DNA of 64,000 bases from a virus (IMGVR_UViG_3300049060_000034:2743-66742), one strand, 5' to 3'; numbered from the stretch's first letter, positions 38,600 to 47,164 are shown. Numbers and translations are program-made. The notes: generated by a model not told the origin, from the letters alone.

Positions 38600-38794
38600 A
38601 TGGACGACTTCATTAGGGACCCCGTCAGTAGCACGCTACTGCTGTGGGTTTGTTACATGCTACTAGCAGGGCTGGGGACAGTGTTAGCCATATTCATCAT
38701 AGGCTACCCTGCCCTCGCCCTAAAATGGGTGATCGACTGGATAAAGCGCGGGCAGGAGGCCGCTAGGGAGCGTAGACAGTCCGTACCTGAATAA
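38600..38794 (+). CDS. Small membrane protein
   Basis: GGAGGGAG RBS; hydrophobic core. Confidence 0.55.
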   Translation: MDDFIRDPVSSTLLLWVCYMLLAGLGTVLAIFIIGYPALALKWVIDWIKRGQEAARERRQSVPE

Positions 38795-39278
38795 GACCCT
38801 TCCGCACCTGTTGGGGGACAGAGTGCGACCCTGGTACTATCTAACGAGGATACGAGGTCTAGGGCCGGGAGGGTCTTATTGAGTGACGCAGGTTGCTCAG
38901 TTTGTAGTGTCATAAAGTTGAAGACTCCAACTAGTCTTTGTTGGGAGGAAAACTTGGACCCAGTTAAAAAATTAATATGGATCTCGAAGATCAAAGAGAG
39001 GGGCGGGCCAGTGCTCACCTTTTTCTGCTTATGGTTTGCCATAATGGGCATAGGTAAGTTGATCGGGATCTTAATAGAATACCTGTTCATGGAGGGAGGT
39101 AACAACCCTTGATATGAGCCTTCTTCATTCACTTAAATCAGAATCGCAATAACACTGGAAGGGTAGTGGGCAGTTGTGGCGTAAGCTAAGCGTGGGCACG
39201 AAAAAAATAAACAATCCACACTTGTAATGAGTCCCACGCGGCAGACCGCCCTAAGCCCACTCCCTCCCGGAGTTCATC

Positions 39279-39689
39279 ATGATTAACTACAAAGTTCATT
39301 ACAACGACAGTCACTATTGTGACGAGTGCGGGGCGAAGAGTACGATGCATCGCATCATATGCATACAGAGCGGGGCGTTCTTGTGCGCCAGTTGTCTGAA
39401 GAAATTCAGCTCGTACATGAGAATGGCTTTCACGGGCACATTCCCCTACGGGGCCAAGTGGGCCCTGGAGAGGTACGAATTCGAGCGGTATCTTAACCCC
39501 GCGTCCATCACCGGCAGTTCGTTCGACCCCAAAAATATCACCCAGAGTTTGTTCGACGCGATGGACGTCGAAATGGAGGATCTGAAGCGTCTCATGGACG
39601 AGAAGAAAATGCTCATCAAGACCTTGAGACACTTCGTGGCGGATTACGCCGCATTCAAAAAGGCGTTCCTTGAGTTTATGAACCAATGA
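39279..39689 (+). CDS. Zinc-finger hypothetical protein
   Basis: CDECG...CASC; GGAG RBS. Confidence 0.55.
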   Translation: MINYKVHYNDSHYCDECGAKSTMHRIICIQSGAFLCASCLKKFSSYMRMAFTGTFPYGAKWALERYEFERYLNPASITGSSFDPKNITQSLFDAMDVEMEDLKRLMDEKKMLIKTLRHFVADYAAFKKAFLEFMNQ

Positions 39690-39958
39690 GCGATACAGTC
39701 GTGAAACTAATATTCTGTCCTAATTGCAGCGACGTGGTGAGACTGATCGAAGTCAAGAGGTACTGTTTCTGCGCGAGGGCGTACGGGCAGTACCTTCAAG
39801 ACGGTCTCAACGCAGAGATAGGAGGGATAGCTGTCCCTTTGGGCTTCGCCAATCCCTCATTCAAACATGCTCTTGAAAACCAACCCGAGGAGGGCGCGGG
39901 CTTCGTCTTCGAAGCGTTCGTCATCCCCAAAAAGTGTGACACCATAACCAAAGTATAA
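39686..39958 (+). CDS. Cys-rich hypothetical protein
   Basis: CPNCSD...CFCARAYG; ATGA overlap. Confidence 0.55.
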   Translation: MSDTVVKLIFCPNCSDVVRLIEVKRYCFCARAYGQYLQDGLNAEIGGIAVPLGFANPSFKHALENQPEEGAGFVFEAFVIPKKCDTITKV

Positions 39959-39982
39959 ACCGACATAGAAGGAGGGAGGCCC

Positions 39983-40552
39983 ATGGCCAAGGAGGACTTC
40001 GTCCGTTTCAAGGACAGCGGAGGCGCGTTCTTGATTGTGGACAAGGTGGTGGCCGTAGAGTACGGCTACAAGGAGGGCTCTCATGAGGTGGACCGCCACC
40101 TCTTAGAGGCCATCCGTAATAGACAAAAGGAACACAATGAGCAAAAGGCGGCTAGGAGGATTCGTCGTGCGGCTAAGCCTGATTCTAGGCTTATTGGCCG
40201 CGTTCGTCATAGCCTTGACGTTGCAGTCTTGCAGCGATCAAATGATGACCAGAAGGTACGGAGGGAAGATGACCTACAATCTCTCTCCGGGGCAGAAGTT
40301 GGAGGGCATGACCTGGAAGGGGGACAATCTGTACTTCCTCTCTCGCCCGTTCAGGGAGGGGGAGAAGCCGGAGACTCATACCTTCCAGGAGTCGTCAGTA
40401 CATGGAGTTTGGGAGGGGACAGTGATAGTTGTGGAACACCCTTCTCCGTCGGCGAAGCCCTCGCCAACCTCCACTCCTTCACCTTCCATTTCCCCCTCTG
40501 CTGGCCAAGGGGGCAAGAAGGCTTAGATGATAATCAAAATTTCTCTCAGTAA
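39983..40552 (+). CDS. Hypothetical protein (extent uncertain, overlaps next ORF)
   Basis: Strong GGAGG RBS; the distal part overlaps 40137..40526. Confidence 0.3.
   Translation: MAKEDFVRFKDSGGAFLIVDKVVAVEYGYKEGSHEVDRHLLEAIRNRQKEHNEQKAARRIRRAAKPDSRLIGRVRHSLDVAVLQRSNDDQKVRREDDLQSLSGAEVGGHDLEGGQSVLPLSPVQGGGEAGDSYLPGVVSTWSLGGDSDSCGTPFSVGEALANLHSFTFHFPLCWPRGQEGLDDNQNFSQ
40137..40526 (+). CDS. Lipoprotein/membrane-anchored protein
   Basis: Hydrophobic N-terminus ending LTLQSC; Pro/Ser tail. Confidence 0.55.
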   Translation: MSKRRLGGFVVRLSLILGLLAAFVIALTLQSCSDQMMTRRYGGKMTYNLSPGQKLEGMTWKGDNLYFLSRPFREGEKPETHTFQESSVHGVWEGTVIVVEHPSPSAKPSPTSTPSPSISPSAGQGGKKA

Positions 40553-40749
40553 CGTGAAATGGTTCTTCGTCGGAATGATTGTGACGTTTGCCGCTGCAAT
40601 CGCCGTGATCAAACTGGGGGCGAACTAAATTTGTGGCCCACCCTGGTTTCCGCCTCATTGATTGGTGGGGTCGGCAGACGGCGCGTCTCGCTGGAGACCA
40701 ACGGCGATAGCCGGGGGTGGGCCTTCCCATTAACATAAGGAGTTGTATT

Positions 40750-41052
40750 ATGCCAAGAGGTAGACCAAGATTTGTAATGCCCAAAGGTAAGAAGGCCAAG
40801 GGCAAAGTGAAGGGCAAGATCCCCCTCAAGCGAATGTTGAACGAGGACAAGGTCCGACACATCGAGGACAACAGAGAGGGCAGGGCAGGCTTCAGCCTGT
40901 GTGGATGCGTTATGCATAAGGAGTGGGGTAGGACGCCCCTCGACCCGCTTGAGGAGTTGGACCTGGGGGCCGATGACGCCATTGAGTACATGATCAATGC
41001 GCTCCACGGCTGTCAGAAGTGCCTGAAGTCCTGGATCAAAAGATTTCTTTAA
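40750..41052 (+). CDS. Basic Cys-containing hypothetical protein
   Basis: AAGGAG RBS before ATG 40750. Confidence 0.55.
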   Translation: MPRGRPRFVMPKGKKAKGKVKGKIPLKRMLNEDKVRHIEDNREGRAGFSLCGCVMHKEWGRTPLDPLEELDLGADDAIEYMINALHGCQKCLKSWIKRFL

Positions 41053-41273
41053 AGCTTATGGCCCGCCGATCCTGGCGCCCCACGCGGGGAACAACGCTAG
41101 ATGAGCGTTCGGCTGGGCCACCATTTATGGTCCGTCTCTTAAGGGATAGGGAGGGGAGGGAGTCCTCTCTGTTCCGCGCAGGAGGCGGACCGCCAAGCTA
41201 TGGGGGAGCGCCCGCGAGTGATCAGGCATCGGGCGCGGGGTTTCGTGAATCACCCCCCTCCTCCCCCATAGAC

Positions 41274-41356
41274 GGCCCCGTAGCCTAATGGAAGCGTACG
41301 CGATAGGCACTCGTTTCCTAAACGAGAAGATATGGGTTCGAATCCCATCGGGGTCT
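41274..41356 (+). tRNA. tRNA-Arg(CCT) with enlarged D-loop
   Basis: GGCCCCG/CGGGGTC, CTCGT-TTCCTAA-ACGAG, TTCGAAT T-loop. Confidence 0.8.
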
Positions 41357-41366
41357 TGGAGGTAAT

Positions 41367-41609
41367 ATGTTGAATTGGGAAGTAACAGAAGATTTGATTA
41401 AACTAAACGGAGAAGCTTTAGCCTTTAGATCACAACACGATCCAAAGCTAACTGGGGCAGGTATGCCGAATCCGTATTACTGGTATGTGGTGTCGGGACT
41501 AGACACTGAGAAACACACCAAAGTCAATACTGCCATAATGAGGGCTCCCGAAAATGCCGACGCTCCTGAGATCTTGAAATTCATAAGAGAGGAGTTTCTA
41601 AAATCGTAA
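41367..41609 (+). CDS. Hypothetical protein
   Basis: GGAGG RBS. Confidence 0.55.
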   Translation: MLNWEVTEDLIKLNGEALAFRSQHDPKLTGAGMPNPYYWYVVSGLDTEKHTKVNTAIMRAPENADAPEILKFIREEFLKS

Positions 41610-41826
41610 TGTCATTAAAGATAGGACAAACTCTCAACGGACCTGTTCGTGTTAACATATGGATTTAGACACCATCAAAGCTTTGATCAATTGTTGCGAG
41701 TCTAAAGGAGAGTTAGATGTTCTAAGGACGTTACTCAAACGTCTTGAACCGGCAGACTGGTTCATAGACGCGCTACTCTTCGATAGGCTTGAGTTACTAA
41801 CCAAGTAACAAAGAAGGAGAATAACT

Positions 41827-42042
41827 GTGCCCAAAGTCAAAGAGGCAAAGAAGAGTGATGGCATCCATCTACAGATGCCGCTTAAGAAAGACAAGAGTTT
41901 CAAGAGGTTCCACAAAGACATGGAGATAGCTAGGTTCTACAAACATAGAGTTGACCCGATAGCAGTGCTACTGCCACTGCTAGCAGTAGGAGCGTTGATC
42001 TATGGAATTGTAGACGCCTTCAGTAAATTTTGGATACCTTAA
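41827..42042 (+). CDS. Small protein with C-terminal TM segment
   Basis: AAGGAG RBS, GTG start. Confidence 0.55.
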   Translation: MPKVKEAKKSDGIHLQMPLKKDKSFKRFHKDMEIARFYKHRVDPIAVLLPLLAVGALIYGIVDAFSKFWIP

Positions 42043-42049
42043 ATATTAA

Positions 42050-42131
42050 GCCGTCGCTTGCACTGGGATGCTAGGCGGATTGTAAATCCGTTGTCTTCGG
42101 GCTAGGTGGGTTCGATTCCTTACCGACGGCA
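42050..42131 (+). tRNA. tRNA-Tyr(GTA)
   Basis: GCCGTCG/CGACGGC, TTGTAAA loop, long variable arm with TTCG. Confidence 0.8.
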
Positions 42132-42213
42132 TAGTCCCTCGTTAGCTCTCCCATTTGCCAAGGCAAGGGAGTTCTAAACCTCTCGGCAATGTGGTGAACC
42201 GCGGGGGACTTAT

Positions 42214-42285
42214 AGCTGGTGGCAGGTTGGATCTGGGAAGGGCTCATAATCCTTCGTTAAGTGGGTTCGATTCCCATACGAGCAA
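42214..42285 (+). tRNA. tRNA-Met/Ile2(CAT)
   Basis: AAGGG-CTCATAA-TCCTT, GTGGG-TTCGATT-CCCAT; two acceptor mismatches. Confidence 0.65.
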
Positions 42286-42286
42286 T

Positions 42287-42358
42287 GTGACCGTAGCTCA
42301 ACTGGTAGAGCGCCGGATTGTGGCTCCGTAGGAGGGAGTTCAAGTCTCCCCGGTCACC
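42287..42358 (+). tRNA. tRNA-His(GTG)
   Basis: GTGACCG/CGGTCAC, C73, TTGTGGC loop. Confidence 0.85.
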
Positions 42359-42360
42359 TA

Positions 42361-42630
42361 GGTCGTACATGTGCGGCCTTCCGTCGGCTGTCATAACGCA
42401 GTCATACAGGCCCAATCGCCCGAAAGGACTGTGCCTGATAAGCTTAGTGAGTAGGGCTTAAGGGGGCAGGGGGCCCTGCTCCATACGTGCGTCAGTGCCA
42501 ACGACCCGTAGCCTAGTACCTGGACCCCGTAGCACCCTAGAGGTGACGTCACTAGAAGGAACGGTCTCTTCAGGGAACACCTCAGTGTCAAGTGCGAGTA
42601 CCCACAGGAGTCTAAACAGGGCCCTCTCAC
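42361..42630 (+). ncRNA. Structured leader/ncRNA of unknown class
   Basis: ORF-free on the plus strand; multiple helices including crossing ones. Confidence 0.4.
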
Positions 42631-42665
42631 TTATTATTCAAGCTTAACTTTTATAGGAGACTAAC

Positions 42666-43397
42666 ATGCAGTTACATCAGCTACTGACTCTTGTGACTGG
42701 AATCAAGAACAGGAACTACAAAGAAGTAACAGAGATCAGTAGGTTATTTCAGAAGCCTGACCTGTTCTCCGGCCATTCCAGAGTCTACACCCCAAAGAAC
42801 ACGGGAGACGAGACGTTCCCGGACGACAGCAAAAATCCCCAATTCAACGTCAGAGACTTGTTGGAGCGGGTCCGCAAGCTGGAGACGGAGATCTGGGATT
42901 CGAGGGCGGCCAGAGACTACGCCAACATGGAAGCTACGGCGGACGTCGTGATCAACGACGTGGTCGTGATCAAGGACGCGCCCGTGACTTGGCTCCTGGA
43001 CATGGAGAAGCAGATGAATGACCTGAGGAAGGTCATCGAGTTGATCCCCGTCCTTGACAGCGCCCAAGTCTGGACCGAGGATACCAACAGTGGAATCTGG
43101 CGGTCCGAAGTCACCAGGACCCACAAGACCAAGAAGGTGGACAAGGTGGTGGTTCTGCTCGAACAGACCCAACATCAACAGGGCAAAGCCGAGATCCGAC
43201 CTGAAGACGTCACCATCGGGTATTGGAATCAGACGAACTTCTCCGGCGCCCTACCTTCCACCGTCAAGAAGCGAATGCTAGAGCGCGTCAACGCCCTTGC
43301 GGACGCCTTCAAGCTGGCACGTGGGCAGGCCAATAAAGTGGAAGTCAAATTGCAGGACGTTGGCAAGGCCCTCTTTGACTACATATTCCACGAATAG
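42666..43397 (+). CDS. Conserved-looking helical protein of unknown function (243 aa)
   Basis: AGGAG RBS, clear phage-like codon usage; flanked by tRNA-like RNAs. Confidence 0.8.
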   Translation: MQLHQLLTLVTGIKNRNYKEVTEISRLFQKPDLFSGHSRVYTPKNTGDETFPDDSKNPQFNVRDLLERVRKLETEIWDSRAARDYANMEATADVVINDVVVIKDAPVTWLLDMEKQMNDLRKVIELIPVLDSAQVWTEDTNSGIWRSEVTRTHKTKKVDKVVVLLEQTQHQQGKAEIRPEDVTIGYWNQTNFSGALPSTVKKRMLERVNALADAFKLARGQANKVEVKLQDVGKALFDYIFHE

Positions 43398-43403
43398 AGT
43401 TAT

Positions 43404-43470
43404 GGAGACCATAAGTGCTGGCGGAGTCACCTCTACGGAGTAGAGGTAAGGCCGGGTACGGTCTCCACCA
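43404..43470 (+). ncRNA. 67-nt tRNA-like mini-RNA ending in ACCA
   Basis: GGAGACC/GGTCTCC plus A-CCA; no canonical D or T loops. Confidence 0.55.
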
Positions 43471-43601
43471 AATTATGGGGAGGGACGTCTGGAAGGAACC
43501 TGTCCACACTTAGTCACTGTGTGGGCCGCCGCCGACCGGATGTAGTGATTCCCTTCCCCGCCAAGTTCCGCAAGCTGAGACTCAAGCGGAAGTTCACAAT
43601 C

Positions 43602-43728
43602 CAACCGTTGCAGGTTCGAGTCCTGCCCTCCGCTCCACTTAATCAACAACTGGAGGTGGTCCCGCCTATTATTAGGGGCTCCCTCCATTATGCGGGGGTG
43701 GCGTAATGGGTAAACGCGGACGGTGTTG
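43602..43728 (+). ncRNA. Permuted tRNA-like unit 1 (T-arm, acceptor 3' + CCA, spacer hairpin, acceptor 5', D-arm)
   Basis: GCAGG-TTCGAGT-CCTGC-CCTCCGC-T-CCA; downstream GCGGGGG (43692) pairs 7/7 with one G-U. Confidence 0.6.
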
Positions 43729-43813
43729 AGCCGTCTGGTTGGTTTTTAAACTTAAGCTCTAACGGAGTAATCTCAACTTGTGGTTGTTCCCGGATCGACC
43801 TCCGGTCACCAAT

Positions 43814-43955
43814 CTGTCGTAGGCGCGGGTTAGAATCCCGCCTCCCGCTCCAAGGGGAGATCTGTTCAACTAGAAGTCGAGCGACTTCTTACGTTTCAGA
43901 ATGATAAAGCAGGTCTCTCCTTGATGCGGGAGTGGTCTAGTGTACAGGACGACGG
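43814..43955 (+). ncRNA. Permuted tRNA-like unit 2
   Basis: GCGGG-TTAGAAT-CCCGC-CTCCCGC-T-CCA; downstream GCGGGAG (43926) pairs 7/7 Watson-Crick; closing CTGTCGT/ACGACGG. Confidence 0.65.
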
Positions 43956-44070
43956 CATTCAAGCTAAAGGATCGGATTAAACGCCATCGGGAACTGTTCA
44001 ACCACGGGAGCAATATTGCTTTGCTGAAAACAAAGCGGTTACCTTTTAAGTAACAAATTGCAAACTTGTG

Positions 44071-44106
44071 GGGGCGGGGTCACAGGATACGTGGCCTCGC
44101 CTTTTT
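44071..44106 (+). terminator. Terminator-like hairpin
   Basis: GGGCGGGG...CCTCGCCC followed by TTTTT. Confidence 0.5.
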
Positions 44107-44177
44107 CCCTAGTAACTCAGTGGTAGAGTACGACGCTGTTAACGTCGGAGTCCCTGGTTCGAATCCAGGCTAGGGAG
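44106..44177 (+). tRNA. tRNA-Asn(GTT)
   Basis: Canonical cloverleaf, CGACG-CTGTTAA-CGTCG. Confidence 0.9.
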
Positions 44178-44308
44178 TGGGCCGCCCGCCGAACCTAGTG
44201 CCGGTCACTTGTCGAGGTGGCTGTCCGGACTATATCCTCGATTCATTCCGGTCAGTGTTAGGTCTCGACGGCCCAGTAACAACAACTAACTAACAAAGGA
44301 GACCACCT

Positions 44309-44497
44309 ATGGCATGTGTAGATGGAAAGCCACACCGATGGAGGGATTACCCTCATAAGAGCGATTGTAAGCAGTGCAAAGGATGTGGGAAGATTGTGGA
44401 GAAATACACCCTATTCAAGATCCTATTGGCGATCCTGATAATAGGAGGACTGATAGCTGTGTTCTGGTTCTACGGAGAGCCACCGCCAGCCCAGTAA
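44309..44497 (+). CDS. Small zinc-ribbon + TM protein
   Basis: AAGGAG RBS; C...H...CKQCKGC; hydrophobic tail. Confidence 0.6.
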   Translation: MACVDGKPHRWRDYPHKSDCKQCKGCGKIVEKYTLFKILLAILIIGGLIAVFWFYGEPPPAQ

Positions 44498-44504
44498 CAC
44501 GGCA

Positions 44505-44578
44505 GGCTCCGTAGCTCAATTGGATAGAGCAAGGGAATTCTAATCCCTAGGTTGAGGGTTCGAATCCTTCCGGAGTCA
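44505..44578 (+). tRNA. tRNA-Arg(TCT)
   Basis: Canonical cloverleaf, AGGGA-ATTCTAA-TCCCT. Confidence 0.9.
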
Positions 44579-44819
44579 ATTGGCCAGGGACGACAGCAGG
44601 GAGGGAACGGGGCACTTCTCCCTGCCCTGGCCTTAACATTCGGGGTCGTAGGTCTGATGCTTAAAGGCTAATCCAGCCGACCCGATAGGTCACGAAGCAC
44701 CGAGCTTGGGAAGGCTCACACCCGTCGTGACCGTAACAGGAAGGGACCCGCCCACCGTGGGAAACGGTCGCACACAAAATAGCGGGCGGGCCCCCTTCCC
44801 CACGTAAGAAGAGAGATTC

Positions 44820-44921
44820 ATGACTGACAAAAAGAAAACATTTCTGGCTATACTAGCCCTCTTGGCAGGCGCTGCCGTGATCGCGGCGCTGACCACTGAT
44901 CTGTTTACTCGAATTCCATAA
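44820..44921 (+). CDS. 33-aa single-TM microprotein
   Basis: MTDKKKTFLAILALLAGAAVIAALTTDLFTRIP; hand-translated. Confidence 0.45.
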   Translation: MTDKKKTFLAILALLAGAAVIAALTTDLFTRIP

Positions 44922-45203
44922 CAGTTATGGGAGTAGACGACGGCCCGTACTTTAACCAGAGATTCAGCGGGTCGCCGAAAATCTATCTACTCCCCCCACT
45001 ATGGCCGCGTGAGACGATTAGCGTCCTACCCCGTCGCAGAATATCGGGAGAAGGAGTACCTAGTACTCCACGCGATTGGGGCCGTAAGTTCCCTATACGT
45101 GATGTAACCCGAGGGAGACAGCTTTCCAGGGATTGGGCCAACGGCCTTGTCCCGTCGCTGCCCGGAATCAACCGGAGGCGCGGCCATTTTTCAGGAGGCG
45201 ACA

Positions 45204-45311
45204 ATGCCAGATCCGAATCTAGTACTGATATGTTCCACCATAACCATGTTAGGTAAGTATGCGCTGATAGGATTTGTAGTGTACTTAGTCTACAAATGGT
45301 GGAGTGAGTAA
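45204..45311 (+). CDS. 35-aa single-TM microprotein
   Basis: AGGAGG RBS; MPDPNLVLICSTITMLGKYALIGFVVYLVYKWWSE. Confidence 0.55.
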   Translation: MPDPNLVLICSTITMLGKYALIGFVVYLVYKWWSE

Positions 45312-45336
45312 CCAACAAACAAACAAAGGAGACCAC

Positions 45337-45807
45337 ATGAAAAGAATAATCAAGATAGCGTTCATCACCCTGATAATACTGTGCACTATGTGGTGCCAGT
45401 CAACGGCCAAAGGTAAGAAGGTTAAGGTCTACATGGACCTTCACGACCACGGTTACAACGAGAGCTTCTCGTTCCACCTGATGGAGCACATGAGGCTCGT
45501 TGACGAGGACGACAAGAGTTACGAATTCGAATGGGTCAAGAGGGCGACCGACGCCGAGTTCATCATGACGTTCATGGTGGACAAGAACAAGCTGCCAGTC
45601 ATGGTCCGAGGACACAACGGCTCTTATAATTCATGTTACCAATTCATAGCCGTCGTCCACCTGTGGAAGAAGGGAAGTGGTAAGACCCATGAGATGTTAA
45701 ACCTACAAATGAACTGCGATCTCGATGGCATTGCCGAACAGGCGGTGAAGGCTATGGAGGTCGCCATGGGACTTAAGACGGAGAACTATGCAGTACAGAA
45801 GCAATGA
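45337..45807 (+). CDS. Secreted/periplasmic protein
   Basis: AAGGAG RBS; signal peptide MKRIIKIAFITLIILC. Confidence 0.6.
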   Translation: MKRIIKIAFITLIILCTMWCQSTAKGKKVKVYMDLHDHGYNESFSFHLMEHMRLVDEDDKSYEFEWVKRATDAEFIMTFMVDKNKLPVMVRGHNGSYNSCYQFIAVVHLWKKGSGKTHEMLNLQMNCDLDGIAEQAVKAMEVAMGLKTENYAVQKQ

Positions 45808-46300
45808 AGACCTATCTCAACTTATCATAAAGGGATTCTTCACGCCGAAAGTTCGTGAATCCAAGTGGACTTTTGTGGTACAAGGCAAGCGAGGTTTCGC
45901 CGCCTGCGCCTTGGGCATGGCTTACATCGGCCTGTTGGGTGACGCTCGACAGGCAGCCAGGGAACTTCTCGCACTGGGTATGTGGACTGACCCGCACAAG
46001 TGGCTGGCCGAGCGGCTTAACATACCAACCAAGTTAGCCACCGACATATCCGCCATGCACCTTGGCGGCTCATCGGCATTAGAGATAGCCGCCTTCGTGG
46101 CGGGCCTTCCCCAACCGGAGACTTACGAATGGACGCGGAAACCAAGCGCCTCCTCGCTGAGTACCTCTTTCAACAGGCCGAGGACGAACGTCTGGACGAG
46201 GATGAGTGGATGGATTGGATCGACCGCATCGAGGATGACGTTTGGGGTTTTTTCTCGGATGTGGCTGAGGGAGACGTCGAGTCAGCCGAACTCCGCCTAA
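45788..46300 (+). CDS. Hypothetical protein
   Basis: GGAG RBS; C-terminus overlaps next ORF. Confidence 0.5.
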   Translation: MQYRSNEDLSQLIIKGFFTPKVRESKWTFVVQGKRGFAACALGMAYIGLLGDARQAARELLALGMWTDPHKWLAERLNIPTKLATDISAMHLGGSSALEIAAFVAGLPQPETYEWTRKPSASSLSTSFNRPRTNVWTRMSGWIGSTASRMTFGVFSRMWLRETSSQPNSA

Positions 46301-46323
46301 TAAGGATAAGGACATATGGCTAG
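46129..46323 (+). CDS. Small acidic protein
   Basis: GGAG RBS; Asp/Glu/Trp-rich. Confidence 0.5.
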   Translation: MDAETKRLLAEYLFQQAEDERLDEDEWMDWIDRIEDDVWGFFSDVAEGDVESAELRLIRIRTYG

Positions 46324-46522
46324 TCTAAATAAGAAAGTGGACGGTAGAATATTGGCCATCGCAATCATCTCCACGACCATAGTAGTGGGGAATATATTCC
46401 TCCTGTCATGGTCGTGGGGACACAACCCAGTATGGGTGTCTATCATCACCACTCTTGTCGCCTTTAACTCTCTGTTCGCTTGGGTAGTGGCCATCGCTTT
46501 GATGACAGACAGTGAGACGTGA
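46316..46522 (+). CDS. Two-TM membrane protein
   Basis: Two hydrophobic segments; AAGGA RBS. Confidence 0.55.
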   Translation: MASLNKKVDGRILAIAIISTTIVVGNIFLLSWSWGHNPVWVSIITTLVAFNSLFAWVVAIALMTDSET

Positions 46523-46902
46523 GGTATATGAAGAAAAGAATCAGTGACGACTTAGTAGCATTGAGATTCAACAACAACTACGACGACGAGTTCAACGTCG
46601 AGGGCGTGTTAATCGTCGAGCGTACTTGGTGGGAGAACCACAAGAAGGACGCCCTCTCCTTGTTCGGCCCCCACACCAGGGAGGGTTCGTTCGGGACCAA
46701 CGAGGCGGTGGTCTTCGACAACGCGGATGATTATCTCAACAGCTTCTCCGAGATCAACGCCTCGCAGGACGAGATCATGACTCTGAAGAAACTCATAGGA
46801 GATCAAGTGGGTATAGTCTCGCTTCTTGAGTTCGATGAGGATGAGGATGAGGAGGACGAGGAGTGGTCCGAGGAGGAAGAGAAGGAGTATAACGGTAACT
46901 AA
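46519..46902 (+). CDS. Acidic hypothetical protein
   Basis: Poly-D/E C-terminus. Confidence 0.55.
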   Translation: MRYMKKRISDDLVALRFNNNYDDEFNVEGVLIVERTWWENHKKDALSLFGPHTREGSFGTNEAVVFDNADDYLNSFSEINASQDEIMTLKKLIGDQVGIVSLLEFDEDEDEEDEEWSEEEEKEYNGN

Positions 46903-46909
46903 GGTTTAT

Positions 46910-47164
46910 GGCCCGTGACTTAACCCCTCCCACGTTTTAGCGTGTGGTCTACCTTTGGTGGGAGGGCCCACGGGTCGCCACTTCTGGTCCGTGACTTGAC
47001 CCCCTTGTGGTTTCGTAGGGGTGTGAGGCTAAGCCACCCTAGCCTTTCCCATGAGGGCACACGGACCTCCAGTTATGGCTCGGACTTAACCCCCTGCTTT
47101 TAAGGCCAACTGCGGTTTTCGTGAAGCTTACCGCAGTAGTCCTCCTTCCCAGGGGCCCCGAGCC
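46910..47164 (+). ncRNA. Three tandem hairpin RNAs with a shared ACTTRAC / C(C/A) internal loop
   Basis: 46910-46976, 46986-47067, 47077-47164; covarying closing helices. Confidence 0.7.

Noticed and set aside
43521-43706. 61-aa ORF through the tRNA-like units
   Set aside because: GTG start without RBS and it crosses a T-arm and CCA; only its KFRKLRLK segment is noted under the codon-like motif finding
43477-43852. Canonical tmRNA, or an intron-containing tRNA
   Set aside because: No G3-U70 Ala determinant, no Ala-ending tag, no SmpB seen. The about 80-90 nt insert is too short for a group I intron, lacks a terminal G, and removing it gives no canonical anticodon loop in register
44640-44690. 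Hammerhead ribozyme (CTGATG)
   Set aside because: No GA-stem II-GAAA continuation
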